In this document: positions 12,911 to 26,505 of the stretch, piece after piece
How the letters are laid out: every line of letters starts with the position of its first letter
How positions within the stretch are numbered: position 1 is the stretch's first letter
Assembly: GCA_964016885.1 (NCBI GenBank)
Contig: OZ024742.1
Location: 325,686,001 to 325,750,000 of the forward strand
DNA from: Eledone cirrhosa
Lineage: Eukaryota
Direction of reading: 5' to 3'
DNA length: 64,000 bases
Position numbers and translations under genes: made by a program
The notes under the pieces: generated by a model
Told to the model about the DNA's origin: nothing
Seen by the model: only the letters and a program-made list of their open reading frames with translations
Databases searched by the model: none

Positions 12911-13069
12911 AGGGTCGGACGCCATGCTTTCCAGCATAGTTACGTACCTTTACGATCAAAGTTCAAATCCGGCCGAGGTTGACTTTGTCTTTCATCCTTA
13001 CGGGGTCGATAAAATAAAGTACCAGTAATACACTGGGTATTTGCTGGCCTTGTGCCTAAAGTAGAAACA
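12911..13069 (+). mobile_element. SINE with B-box-like GTTCAAATCC and core gactttg(c/t)ctttcatcc...gataaaataaagtaccag
   Basis: Homologous copies at ~54600-54790 (+), ~60885-61060 (-) and a 3' fragment at 27389-27433; ATT repeats on both sides. Confidence 0.8.
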
Positions 13070-13078
13070 ATTATTATA

Positions 13079-13111
<33 letters not shown>

Positions 13112-13112
13112 G

Positions 13113-16100
13113 TTGTTCTTTGAGTCTCAGTCATTGATGTTAGTTAACTGGAAGGTTTGTTGAAATGAATATCAAGCCACTACCTGCAGCCTCAGATATT
13201 CAGGACGTATCGGAGGGTTTTGCTGTTCCCAGCAAGCAACCTTTTGAAGCGTTCCAAAAAGCGTGAAGGGCCAAATTTCTTTAACCATCCCTGGAAACTT
13301 TTTGAGATAGTATCTAGTGCGCCTATGACAATCGGGACCACTTTGAGTTCATTGCAGTTCTAAATACATTTTACCTCCCACGTTAAGTCCTGGTATCGGT
13401 TAATTTTCTCCCTCTCCTTCTCTTGCACTCTCGTGTCGAATGGGCAGGCCACATCCATAATCAGGCACGATCTTTTTTCTTTGTCCAAAACCACCAGGTC
13501 AGGTCTATTGTGTTACAGTTTCTTGTCCGTCTGTATCCTAAAATCCCACAGCACCTTCACATGATCGTTTTCTATCACCGACTCTGGCTTATGCTCATAC
13601 CACTTCTCAGAATGTGGTAAATTGTTTACTTTGCATAGGTGCCAGTGGATCACCCTGCCCATCACATCATGTCTCCAGCCCTTATAGTGAGTCTGGGCTA
13701 GGTGTTTACACTCGGATACAATGTGAGCCACAGTCTTCTCTCTCTCTCCACAGATCCTGCACAGTGGGTTAGCCTCCTCCTCGTAAATATGGTGTTTCAA
13801 CCACTTTGAGGGCCTGCTCTTGCGCAGCCATTAACATTCCTTCTGTAGCCTTTTTAAGGTCTCCTCTTTTCAACCAGTTCCATGTCTGTGGATCTCTGAA
13901 TTCAGTTTTCTCAAAGAAGGTACTATGAAGGGATTTTTCCTGAAGGCTGCTCTTTCTCCTTGTTGTTATTTCCTCCCTGGACAACCCCTGGTCTACTGTC
14001 CTCTCCTTCAGTACAGTTCTGAGCATTGGCTCCTTACTATCAGTCACGTATTTGTGGAGTTTGTTTTTTCTCCATCTGAACACAGTCCTCTATGCTGATA
14101 ACACCTCTTCCACCTTCAGATCTCCTTAAGTAGAGTCTATCGACATCACTCCTCTTGTGGAACTTGTTGTAGATAGTCAATCATTTCCTAGTCTTCCTAT
14201 CCATTTCTTTTTATTCAGCAACATTCCATCTCAGAATTTCCGCACTGTACCTAATAATAGGCACAGCTTGGGAATTTACTGCACTTATGGCATACCTACT
14301 GTTCAGATGTGACTTTAATACGCTCCTTACTCTCCGAATGTATTCAGTTCTTATCAATTCCTTCATTTTTTTGTTCTTGATGTCATCAGTCTCCAGAACA
14401 CCCAAATACTTGTATCCTTCTTCAGTGTCAATTTCCTTTATCATATCACCTGTTGGCACCTGGATTCCATTGCTTCTGCTCAATTTACCCCTCTTCATCA
14501 CAAGGACTCCACACTTACTAATACCAAATTGCTTACATATATCATTGCTGAAAATACGGACAGTGTCAACAAGCACATCCAACTCCTTCTCGCTCTTCCC
14601 GAAGAGCTTAAGATCGTCCATGAAGAGGAGGTGATTGATGGTAAGCTCTCCATTTCCCAACTTTTTATCCTGCTCTCACTTTTCGCAGTATAATGGTCAG
14701 GGGCATCAGGGCAAGGACAAACAACAGAGGGGACAGACTATCTCCCTGGAAGAAACCTCTCTTGATCTTCACGCCTCCCAAGGATTCTCCAGCTGATGTT
14801 AACTCTGTTTCCCAGGACTTCATACTTTTGCCCAACAACTGTCTGATGTTATCTTCCACCTTGAACATCTCTAGGCTTTTGGTGATCCAAGAATGAGGCA
14901 CCAATTCAAATGCCTTTTTGTAGTCTATCCATCCCATGGCAAGACCAGTGTGTCTCCTCTTGCAATTCGTCATTACCATCTTATCAATAAGGAACTGGTC
15001 CTTTGTACCACGGGGCTTCTTTCGGCATCCTTTCTGTTCGTCCGGTAACAAGTTGTTTGTGTGGAGGTGATGGTAGATTTCCTCAGACATAATGCTTATC
15101 AACAGTTTCCACATTACGGACAGACATGTGATAGGTCTATAGTTGGTAACATCATTACCCTTGATTCGGTCCTTCATTACCAGAACTGTGGTACCTTTTG
15201 TCAACCACTCTGGTACCTCACCTGACATCAAGCAGTCATTGAACATGGTTGTCAGTTTCGGGAGGGGGGATGTTATATTTTTAATCCAATACCCCTGCAC
15301 ACCATCTGGTCCTGGTGATTTCCAGTTGGTTAGTTTTTTGGCCGGCCCCTTAAGAATTTCAACTGTGATACTCAAGTCAGTTTGTTGGTGTGCCTGTTCA
15401 CTAATCTCCTTCTGTACTGTCTCAATCCACACTGCCTGGTCATTATGTTTAACATCCTGCTCCCATATTCCTCTCCAGAATGTTTTAGTTTGTTCCGCCT
15501 CAGGGATCAAGTCGTTGCCTCTTTCTTTCCCCTCAATCCGTCCAAACAGCATCTTCTGGTCGTTGTCAAACATGCGGTTCTGTCTATACTACTCTCGTAT
15601 CGCCTAATTTTTGCACTCTTTGCTACAATGCGTTGCTTCAATTCCTCTATGACAATATTTAGCTTTTTCCTCCTAATGTTGTACTTTATTTCCAGTCTAT
15701 TTTTAGTTTCTATGTTTTTTTAATGTTCCATTCAGTAGGGACTCAAGCTTTCCAATGTCAGTTCTCATTTATCTGATTTGACCACTCAGTCGTTTCTTCC
15801 ACCAAGGCTCTGATCTTTCTTGTTTGCTGTTTCCTCTCGCTTTTATACCAAGTAATTTCCTCACCGCATTTGCTGTTGCTTTGAGGATATTGTTGCACTG
15901 GCGAAGGCTCCTCGCCTCAAGGTATGGGATGACTTTGTTTACCTTAGCTGTTGTTTCTTTTAACTTTTTCCTGTCTACAAATCTTAGGTTCATAGGTTTC
16001 CCACTATCATTGTTCAATTCATCTACCACTAAGTTTAGGATATCAATCAAATCGTGTCCTAGCCCGTCAGCATTCATCTCCTCAATGGCCGTATCTTTGT

Positions 16101-18029
16101 TCCAGGTATTATTTATTTCAGCATTCAGATCATTGTCTGCTTCGGATGGTTCCTCCGTTCTCTCGACCTCTTCACCTTCATTTCCTACTGGTTCGTTTGC
16201 CTGGCATACTCCACTCTCCATTTCCAAGCAAATCTCTCTGCTCAGTTCCTCCAGTTCAGGCTCGCTTATCCACCCATTAGTTCTTATTACCCGAGCCTGC
16301 CCGGCCAATTTTTGTTCATCTAATTTAAATAGACCAATCTCGTTCCAGATGTTATGCATCCGTTTCCTATAGCCTTTCTCTTTGGGGTTAGTTTTCAGGT
16401 AACATTGCATAACAGTTCTAATCAATTCTTTCGTCCAGTTGGTTCTGGTCCCTTTCCTTCTTCTTCTTCCTCCGGCACCAGCAGTATTTGGTTGACAGAC
16501 AGGTCCCTGCTGCTGAGCCAGGGAGCACCTGCTGGGTGAGAGTCTGTCACATGACATTCCAGTCTCCACTTCACCGTTATTCGAACTGTTTAGGTTCGAC
16601 ATTTAAACACTCTTATCGAGGATCGGTGAATGTATGGTTACATAACCACCGGTGATTTCATCACTCCCGGTGATTTTTGTGTGGCACTATCACGCTGTAG
16701 ATGAACATAAATAAACAAACAAACAAACAGGCCCCCCCCCCCCCCCAAAAAAAGAATAAGCATAAGTTTCATTGTAATGTAATGTTTGACTGTCTGACTT
16801 AGTTTTTCCCTTCCCTTCTCTGTCCGTCTGTTTGTTTTTCTCTTCATTTTTTTCTTTTCTTTACGTTTTTCGTTGTTGCTGCTTTGATTTTGATTTTTGT
16901 TTTTTTGATTTTTAGACTGGGTCATCAATTCGGTCTATTTATATATTTTGATGCCTTCCTCTTTTAGTGGGGACACTACGATGCATGTGTTAGCGGGAGG
17001 TAGTGGGAGAGAATAGCCGTGGTAGTGATAATGAGGCAGTGGTGGTGGTGCTGCTGCTGTGCTAGTAGTACTTAGCAGGAGGTAGTGGGAGAGAATAGCG
17101 GCGGTAGCGATAATGAGGCAGTGGTGGGGGTGATGTGATCGTAGCACTGTAGTGATGGTGTTGAAGTTGAGGCAACTTGACCAGAGTTTTTAGCGTGGTA
17201 GTGGTGGTGGTGTTGGTGGTGAAATTATCTTCTCTGTCCACTTAGCTATTTAGCTATTTAGCTAACTATTTAGTCATTTTGCCATTTCCTCCTTTTCGAC
17301 TCTAACATTCCTGATCCAAAATTAAATATTAATATTGTTTATTAATATTGTCTATTGATACCGCCACCTTCCCCTTTCGTAAGTTAACAGAAGGTAATGG
17401 AGGAATAGCGGTGGTAGCAATGAAGGAGTGGGGGCGGCGGTGATGGGATAGTGGTAGCAATGATGGATGGAGTGGTGGCGGCGGTGACTGTAGTGATGGC
17501 GTTGTCGTTACTGACTTTTGTTGAATAGACTGTAGTTTGTTTGTTTGATCGGTGAATCTATACGGTTAGTCGCGTATGTTTAATATATGTGTTGACATAT
17601 TCACTTAATATTGGAATTAAACATTTTGTGAAAACTTGAGACAATAATAATAGTAATTATTATTATTATGCTGGGATCGGTGGTGGTGAAATTGCCGTTA
17701 TCTGTCTGTTGTATTTAGTGTACACAGAGGGGGGATAGGTGGTGTATTTAGTTTGTGGTGTTGGTGAAATTGCTGTTATTTGGCTGTTCTATATAGTGTA
17801 GACAGAGGGATATTCTTTTTTGAATATAAAAATGTATAATACAAAATTAAATATTTGAGCGGTATAATAGAATATTATCGATCCGAATTATCCTGATGGT
17901 TGAGTCCGGTGCTTTATGTATCATTTGTACTAAGAATTGCTATTTCACAATTGATTTAAATATGTCAAAAATCAAAAACTTACGGGAGCCATTTCATGAC
18001 CTTCTATCCACCACGTGCGTCTTCTTCCC
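13113..18029 (-). mobile_element. R4/Dong-like family A, full-length, carrying a family D-type distal 5' leader
   Basis: Complete disrupted ORF from MSNLNSS to LRYVLNI-like end; ~16600-17335 matches the A 5' region at 44025-44743; ~17350-18029 matches the D leader at 26506-27195. Confidence 0.9.
13192..16602 (-). pseudogene. Family A single ORF (N-terminal WTKE...QCY DNA-binding-like domain, RT, knuckle, RLE), multiple frameshifts
   Basis: ORFs 15769-16602, 14665-15573, 14211-14660, 13769-14083, 13513-13800. Confidence 0.9.
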
Positions 18030-18052
18030 TATTACTATTATTATCATTATTA

Positions 18053-21000
18053 CAGCTGCATTTATCTTGCTTTATGTTCATACGAGTTATCACCAAGTCA
18101 CAACCAGTGACCTGAAGAGACAACAAGGTCCGCCATGTTCAAGAAAGAACATACATACTCACACATGCATCTTTAGTGTTTAGACTTGTGATGTACTTAT
18201 ATTGACAGAATCTTCCTTAATATATGGGCAGTTCCCATTAGTACTGTCTTTTGTATTTCTCCTATACGCGGGTTTCCTGGGATTTGCGATAAGTAATCAT
18301 TAGACACCTTAGGTATCATTCCTAGAGCGCCTACAACCACTGGTATTGTTTTAGTTCTCAATTTCCACATTTTTCCAATTTCTATCTCCATGTCCTTATA
18401 CTTGCTCAATTTTTCAAATGTTTTTATAAATACATTCTTGTCTATTGGAACGGATATATCAATTAGCAGGCATACCCTCTTTTTAAAGTGCTTCAATATT
18501 ATATCAGGTCTATTTGCATCTATTTTTCGGTCTGTTTGGATGCTAAAGTTCCACAAGATTGAGATGTGAACTTTTTCAAGTATGGGAGGTGGTAGATGCT
18601 CCCACCAATTCTTTTGACGGAGCAAGTCAAAATGCTTACACATTATCCAATGTATGAATTGTGCAGCTCTGTCATGCCTGTTTAGGTATTCGGTTGGAGC
18701 TATAGGACTGCACATTGAAATTATATGGTCAATAGTAAATGTTCTCTGGTTGTTTTTTACATACACGGCATAATGAGCTGCATCCATTTTTTATCATGTT
18801 GGCTTGGTAATTTTTTGTTGGCAGACAATGATCTTGTGCTGATATAATCATTCCTTCAGTCTCCGAATTCAGCCCAGAGGATGCCAACCACTGATGGGTT
18901 AAAGTTTTGTCAACATCAGGATTGTTAGATCGTTCTGGGTATTTTCCATACAGAGGCTTTTCTTGCCATTTCTGAGCCAGTTTCTGTAGCAGTTCTTTCT
19001 TTGCAGTTACTTTTACCTGCTTTTTCTGTGATTTCCATTTCAGCAGTAAATGGGACTTCTGAAATTTGTAGTCCATTACTGTATCTTTGTGCATCTTTTG
19101 TAATGGAGTATGATCTTTTGATGCTTTCGTGTTTCAAAACGAGTTTGATCATCCAATCATGTGATTCCCTTAGATATGTAGATAATCCAATTGTTGCAGT
19201 TTTCAAGGCAATGTCTAACTGGATTAACCCACGTCCTCCTTCTTTCCTAGGGAGATATATTCTATCTGTATATGCCTTAGGGTGATGCATTCTGTGCATG
19301 GTTAAGAATTTTCTAATTTATGTATCGTGCCACGGATCTCTGTGCTTGACCAGTTGATGACATTGTAACTGTAGGTTACTACTTGTATGGCAAGCTTGTT
19401 TATGGCATCGATCCTATTCCTTGCATTCAATTCCGTTCTTAAGTTTGCTCTTACTCTGCGGTAACATTCCTTCCTTATCCTTTCCCTCATTGTCGAGTGC
19501 TTGATTCCGTCTCCTTCACAAACACCTAGATATTTGTAAGCTTCCTCTTGATCAAGTTCGCTTATCACATTCCCCCGATCAAGATTAATGGCTGAACTTT
19601 TCAGCAGCTTTCCTCTGGTGAACGTTGCTTTGGCGGATTTATCTAGTCCAAACTCCATATTAATGTCATCACTGAACTGCTCCACAGTGGATAATAACCC
19701 TTGCAATTGTTCATCATTTTTTGCAAATTGTTTCAGGTCATCCATGTAGAACAAGTGATTAATGGTTTTGTCATAGACTTTATATCCATGTTTTGTTTCA
19801 TTGAGCATTTTACTTAATGGTATAAGTGCGATGCAGAATAAAAGCGGTGATAAAGAGTCACTCTGAAAAATTCCATAATTAATATTAACTTCTCCAGCTT
19901 CCAGTGATTTTGTTTCACTATTCAAAAGGACTGTGGTTTTCCATGTCTTCATACTGAATGACAAAAACCTCCTGATAAATTGAGATATTTTGAAAATCTC
20001 TAAACATTTTTCAATCCAACTGTGTGACAAACTATCGAATCCTTTTTTATAATCTATCCAAGCAATTGATAGATTTTTGTGTCTATTATGACAATCTTCC
20101 AGTATCATTTTGTTAACCAAAAGCTGATCCTTACAGCCATATGAGCCTCGTTTACAAGCTTTCTGCTCAATGGGAAATAGGTCATTTGTTATCAGGTGGT
20201 CATATGTATATTCAGTTAGGACTGATGTTAAAATGTTATACATTGTGGTCAAGCAAGTTATCGGTCTGTAATTTTGGGGATTGTTTGTCTCATCATTCTT
20301 CGGAAGCAGGAATGTAATGCCGTTAACTAGCCATGATGGTATCTTTTCTGGCTCCTTACCTATTTCATTGTAAAGTTGGACTAACAGCTCATGAGACTCT
20401 GTGAAGGCATTTATCCAAAAATTTTGTATTTTGTCTTTTCCTGGGGATTTCCATTTGCTGGTTTTTCTTAGAGCCAAACGCAACTGTTTAACTGTTATAT
20501 TTTCCCATATTTGTTCCTCAACGTGAGCTGTATCTTTCATTTGTCTGTCTATCCATGGGGCATGTATATTATGAACCTTTTCTTCGGCCCAGATCTTTTC
20601 CCAGAATTCTTGCACTTCTTACTTGGTTGGTATTGATTTAGCAGTTATTGTTGACTTACCAATTTTTCTGTAGAAGTTTCTTTGATTGTTTTTGAACATA
20701 TTATTGTCCTTATAGAATCTAGATCGTTTTTCAAAGCACCTTATACGAGCAGCTTTGGCCGACACTTTTTGATTGATTATTTCTATTAGCATGTCTATGT
20801 CACTTGTTGGTTTTATACTGTACTTTCTTTTCAATTTTCTAAGTTTAGTTTGTTTAACATGTTCACCTACTTTATTGTTTGTTAACATTTCTATGTCAGA
20901 TCGGAGAAGGTTTATTTGGCGATTGATGTTTTCTTGCCAAGTAGATTTCTTGTGGGAATTCCTTTGTTTTATCATCTTCACACCACATAAGTGAGTGGTG

Positions 21001-22910
21001 ACTTTAGCCGATGCATAATAGATATGATTTAAATCAGTAATGTTTAGTTTGTTTGTGATGATAATGTTTTTGATAATTATGTTAGTCTTGTGTATTATCT
21101 TTTGGTTCTGTTTGGAGTTCTGGATCTTAGGGAGGGTGTCTCGTTCCCCCATGTCAGATTCTTTCATTTTCATCCATTCGATCATAATTTCATCCTTCAA
21201 GTTGGCAAGTTCATTCTCATTCATTTCTTTATCATTTACGATCTCATTGTTTTCATTTGGAGTTTCATCTTGAGCATGCACTCCCTCCACTTTTTCGATC
21301 CTTTCTTTAATTTGTTCTGTTGACAGTGATTCCGCCCCAACCCTGGGATTCGAAGTGTTACAATTTACCTCGTTTTCACTGACACATGTTTCATTTTCCC
21401 TTCGCTGACTTTGTGCTAATAGCTTGAACTAATCAATTTCTATATCAGTTAGTAACATTTTTTTACAATATTTCTTCGTATATTGGCTAGTTTATTACTG
21501 TCAATATAGCCTCTGTTTTCGGGATGTTTCTTTTTCCAGTTGATATATGTCAGTTGTGTATTCGATGTATTTGATGGGTAGTACATGGTAGTGTAGAAAG
21601 CCTCAATGACTTCTTTATTATCTTCCCTTGACCATTTTTCTCTCTTTTTCTTTGGATTTCTTGGTGGTGAGCATGGAGGGCCAATAGTAGGAGTATTCTG
21701 GTTATGGGAGGTCTCCAGCTCCGATGTGATGGGAAGGTTTGAACCATTAGCTGATTTTTCGACCCCAGTCTGGTTCCTCTCTGAGGGACGCGGCCCTTTT
21801 TTACCCGGGTGACGGCCGATCCGGTATGAGATTTTATCATTAGACATTTACTTTATTTTGTCGCGTTTTATCCTTATCCGCCAAGGGGTAATCATTTCGT
21901 GTTACCACTTCTAGGACGAGTGTCAACCAAGACTAGAGGGGTCGTCCGCCATCCCGGTATTTCTTGGTCACGGTATTTTCTTTTTTGTTGTTTTTTAAGT
22001 TGTTATTATCATGAGTGGTTCCTTAATGTGAGCATTGCGTGGCTTAAGAATGAAATTATTAATAATATAATATACTTTTTGTTGAAGTTCCTGTTATTGT
22101 TGTTGGCTACCTCGGTGGTGGAGCTGGGGCTTTTTCTATTGTTGGTGGGGAAGGGGGGAGCCAGCAGTGCGATAGTCGTTCACGTTTGGTCGGTGTCCGG
22201 GTCACTAAGTCAATCTATTTATATATTTTGCTAACCTCTCCCTTGTCTAGAGATACCGCCACCTTCCTTTTTCTTAAGTTAACAGAAGGTAATGGGGGAA
22301 TAGTGGTGGTAGCAATGAAGGAGTGGTGGCGGCGGTGATGGGATAGTGGTAGCAATGATGGATGCGGCGGTGACTATAGTGATGGCGTTGTCGTTACTGA
22401 GTTTTGTTGAATAGACTGTAGCTTTGTTTGATCTGTATATCTTTGCGTTTGTCGCGTATGTTTAATATATGTGTTGACATTACCTTAATATTTGAATTAA
22501 ACATTTTGAGAAAACTTAAGATACATGAATATTAATTATTATTATTATGCTGAGATTGGTGGTGGTGGAGGTGGTGAAATTGCCGTTCTCTGGCTGTTGT
22601 CTTTAGTGTACACAGAGGGGTGATGGGGTAGGTGGTGTATCTAGATTCTGGTGTTGGTGAAATTGCTGTTATTTGGCTGTTCTATATAGTGTAGACAGAG
22701 GGGATGTTCTTCCATTTGTAACCATTTTCTTTTTTGAATATAAAATGTATAATACAAAATTGAATATTTGAGCGATATAACAATGTATTATGGATCCGAA
22801 TTTTCTGAGACTTGAGTCTGGTGCTTTATGTATCACTTGTACTACGAATTGTTATTTCACAATTGATTTAAATATGTTAACAATCAAAAATTTACGGGAG
22901 CGATTTCATG
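18053..22910 (-). mobile_element. R4/Dong-like family D, near full-length (lacks ~30 nt at the 5' end)
   Basis: RT (FYMDDLK) and RLE (RHD, NRPDII, LLIDISVP); collinear with 26506-31456. Confidence 0.92.
18197..21847 (-). pseudogene. Family D RT-RLE ORF, disrupted
   Basis: ORFs 21449-21847, 20619-21290, 19302-20615, 18925-19299, 18729-19094, 18197-18787. Confidence 0.9.
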
Positions 22911-22929
22911 ATTATTATTATTATTATTA

Positions 22930-23250
22930 CAGTTGCATTTATCTTGCTTTATGTTCATACGAGTTATCACCAAGTCACAACCAGTGACCTCAAGAGACAA
23001 CAAGGTCCGCCATGTTCAAGAAAGAACATACATACTCACACATGCATCTTTAGTGTTTAGACTTGTGATGTACTTATATTGATAGAATCTTCCTTAGTAT
23101 ATTGGCAGTTCCCATTAGTACTATCTTTTGTATTTCTCCTATACGCGGGTTTCCTGGGATTTGCGATAAGTAATCATTAGACCCCTTAGGTATCATTCCC
23201 AGAGCGCCTACAACCACTGGTATTGTTTTAGTTCTCAATTTCCACATTTT
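22930..23250 (-). mobile_element. Family D 3' stub
   Basis: KMWKLRTKTIPVVVGALG...ILRKILSI plus D 3' UTR, between TTA tracts. Confidence 0.92.
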
Positions 23251-23263
23251 TATTATTATTAAA

Positions 23264-23304
<41 letters not shown>

Positions 23305-23317
23305 CATCATGGGACCC

Positions 23318-23367
<50 letters not shown>

Positions 23368-23368
<1 letters not shown>

Positions 23369-23551
23369 CGAAGGAGTGAGGAATCAGGTAGACCATAAAC
23401 CACCAGAGTACTCGATACTTTGGGTAGTAGAATAGGTAATAGGAAATGATCAGGAAACCAACGGCAGAGCTCAAGCCGTTTCGACGGCTATTTTTGGTCC
23501 AGAAATAGCCGTGTGAAACGGCTAGAGTTCTGCCCGGGGTCCTGAACATTT

Positions 23552-23553
<2 letters not shown>
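23368..23553. repeat. Short element between (TA)n tracts with a ~60-bp-arm imperfect palindrome
   Basis: ataggaaatgatcagg...ggcagagctcaagccgtttcgacggctattt / aaatagccgtgtgaaacggctagagttctgcc...cctgaacatttcctat. Confidence 0.8.
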
Positions 23554-23600
<47 letters not shown>

Positions 23601-24508
23601 ACACATATTCATCTTTAGAAAATCATAAAACCGTGGAACTGGTAAAGATGTTATGAATAAATCTTCTTGAAGACTGCAATTGCATTTTGTAAGTATATGT
23701 ATATATATATATAAAAACACTCGTTATGAACTCTAGAGAGCGCCTGTTTAGGATGTAGTATCCACGATCTTAAGGCCGTCTGTTCGTTTCCTTGCGAAGA
23801 TAATTTAATTCTCTTTGTGCCAGTCAACTAGAACATGTGAATTGTTCTCGTGAATCAATGTGTCAGGATTGTTACACATATGTTATGTTGAATTATCCGG
23901 AGAACTAATTTACATGTGTACGTATCTTTGGGATTTCTCAAACAGTGGCACAGTGAATTTATGAACGGTTTATTGCCTCCACGAGCACTGGAACAGTTGT
24001 AGATAGATCTGCCTGAGATCCAATTCCCATGTGATTGAACGTACTGTAGAAAGATGTTAATCTGATTCCATTATACCACACGGTTTTTACCCAGGAACCA
24101 TTACTGGCACACGTTGAATATTTAGAATCCATATTGAAAGTGATAAATTTCTGTATCATTAGAGATTTTATTATTTATGAATCAAATACCAAAATAAGCA
24201 GTATATTCGTATCTTTTATAGCATATATCTACAATCAATAGATGATTTCTGAGTCACATTTATCGCATTTCAAATATCCTTTCCATTTATTTCTATCGTG
24301 GCTTCACCCAAACAGTATCACTTCCAGGATGTAATGCTAAGTTTCTGGACAAGAGGTGTATGATAAAATTATAGTAGACACTATTGTTAAAATATTCGTT
24401 TTCTTTGGGGATTTTCTAAATATATAATTCTGTTTGGCATCTCGATAGAGTTAACGTCTCTTACAATTGAAATATGAGCGAAGAATATAGATATGTAGAT
24501 GAAATGAT

Positions 24509-24670
<162 letters not shown>

Positions 24671-24874
24671 TGTATGGAAGACTGATACATAGATAGTATT
24701 CTTCGCTGAGATTACGGTTGCTTTAATATGGAATAATACATATAATAAACATATTGCAACAAATCACAAAATGGCTGACCTATACAATTCAGCTTTATCT
24801 ATATTCATGCATTCGTTGACTTGAATAATCTAACAAAAGATAAAAAGATACAAAATTATTCCAAAGCAATGTTA

Positions 24875-25024
<150 letters not shown>

Positions 25025-25524
25025 AACACACACGCTCTTGCATAACACTGCTTATTAGTTTCAGTATGAATGGTCATGTTTATGTGTCTCTGTTAGACCA
25101 TATAATATTTTGTGTATAATATATTTATAATCTTTATGCTTTTGGTAACCACACTACCCCATGAAACAAATGCAAATATTTGTTTGCTCTGCTTATAGTA
25201 AGCGGATTGCGGTCTAATCTTCTGCTGGTCATGGTATAATCTACAGTCAGTAATATTCACTAAAGGGTATATTATTTCAAGTAACTTGAATCAATGAAGA
25301 ATTAAAATCGTAAAGTAAAAGGTTTGGTTACTTATGGCTTCATTTTTATTATATACATTCTATTTATTACATGATGGCTATGTGCTTTTGTCGGTGTTAC
25401 AATTTTCAGATGAAGACTAAGTAGTATGACCGACAGCAAAGGGTTTAGTCAATTATATATGCTTCAGTTATGTTTTTGTTATTTCATTAATCTATACCAT
25501 AAAAATAATAATACTAATAATAAC

Positions 25525-25560
<36 letters not shown>

Positions 25561-25565
<5 letters not shown>

Positions 25566-25955
25566 GACCTGACCTGGTGGTTTTGGACAAAGAAAAAAGA
25601 TTGTGCCTGATTGTGGATGTGGCCTACCCATTCGACACGAGTGTACAAGAGAAGGAGAGGGAGAAAATTAACCGATACCAGGACTTAAAGTGGGAGGTAA
25701 AAAGGATTTGGAACTGCCATGAAGTCAAAGTGATCCCGATTGTCATAGGTGCACTAGGGACTATCTCAAAAAGTTTCCAGGGATGGTTAAAGAAAATTGG
25801 CCCCTTCACGCTTTTTGGAACGCTTCAAAAGGCATGCTTGCTGGGAACAGCAAGAACCTTCCGATACGTCCTGAATATCTGAGGCTGCAGGCAATGGCTT
25901 GATATTCATTTCAACAAACTTTCCAGTTAACTAACATCAATGATTGAGACTCAAA
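25561..25955 (+). mobile_element. Family A 3' stub (RLE domain plus 3' UTR)
   Basis: NRPDLVVLDK...RYVLNI, between (TAA)n tracts. Confidence 0.92.
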
Positions 25956-25964
25956 AAATAATAT

Positions 25965-26038
<74 letters not shown>

Positions 26039-26040
<2 letters not shown>

Positions 26041-26457
26041 CCTGCTAATTGATATGTCTGTTCCAATAGACAAGAATGTATTTATAAAAACATTTGAAAA
26101 ATTGAGCAAGTATAAGGACCCGGAGATAGAAATTGGAAAAATGTGGAAATTGAGAACTAAAACAATACCAGTGGTTGTAGGCGCTCTGGGAATGATACCT
26201 AAGGGGTCTAATGACTACTTATCGCAAATCCCAGGAAACCCGCGTATAGGAGAAATACAAAAGATAGTACTAATGGGAACTGCCCATATACTAAGGAAGA
26301 TTCTGTCAATATAAATACATCACAAGTCTAAACACTAAAGATGCATGTGTGAATATGTATGTTCTTTCTTGAAAATGGCGGACCTTGTTGTCTCTTGAGG
26401 TCACTGGTTGTGACTTGGTGATGACTCGTATGAACATAAAGCAAGATAAATGCAACT

Positions 26458-26458
<1 letters not shown>
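26039..26458 (+). mobile_element. Family D 3' stub
   Basis: CLLIDMSVPIDK...ILRKILSI plus 3' UTR, between (TAA)n tracts. Confidence 0.92.

Positions 26459-26505
<47 letters not shown>

Noticed and set aside
23740-24160. Possible host exons here and at 1320-1620, 51690-51900 and 59290-59400
   Set aside because: No recognisable protein motif or convincing splice frame by eye; cannot be excluded without RNA-seq.
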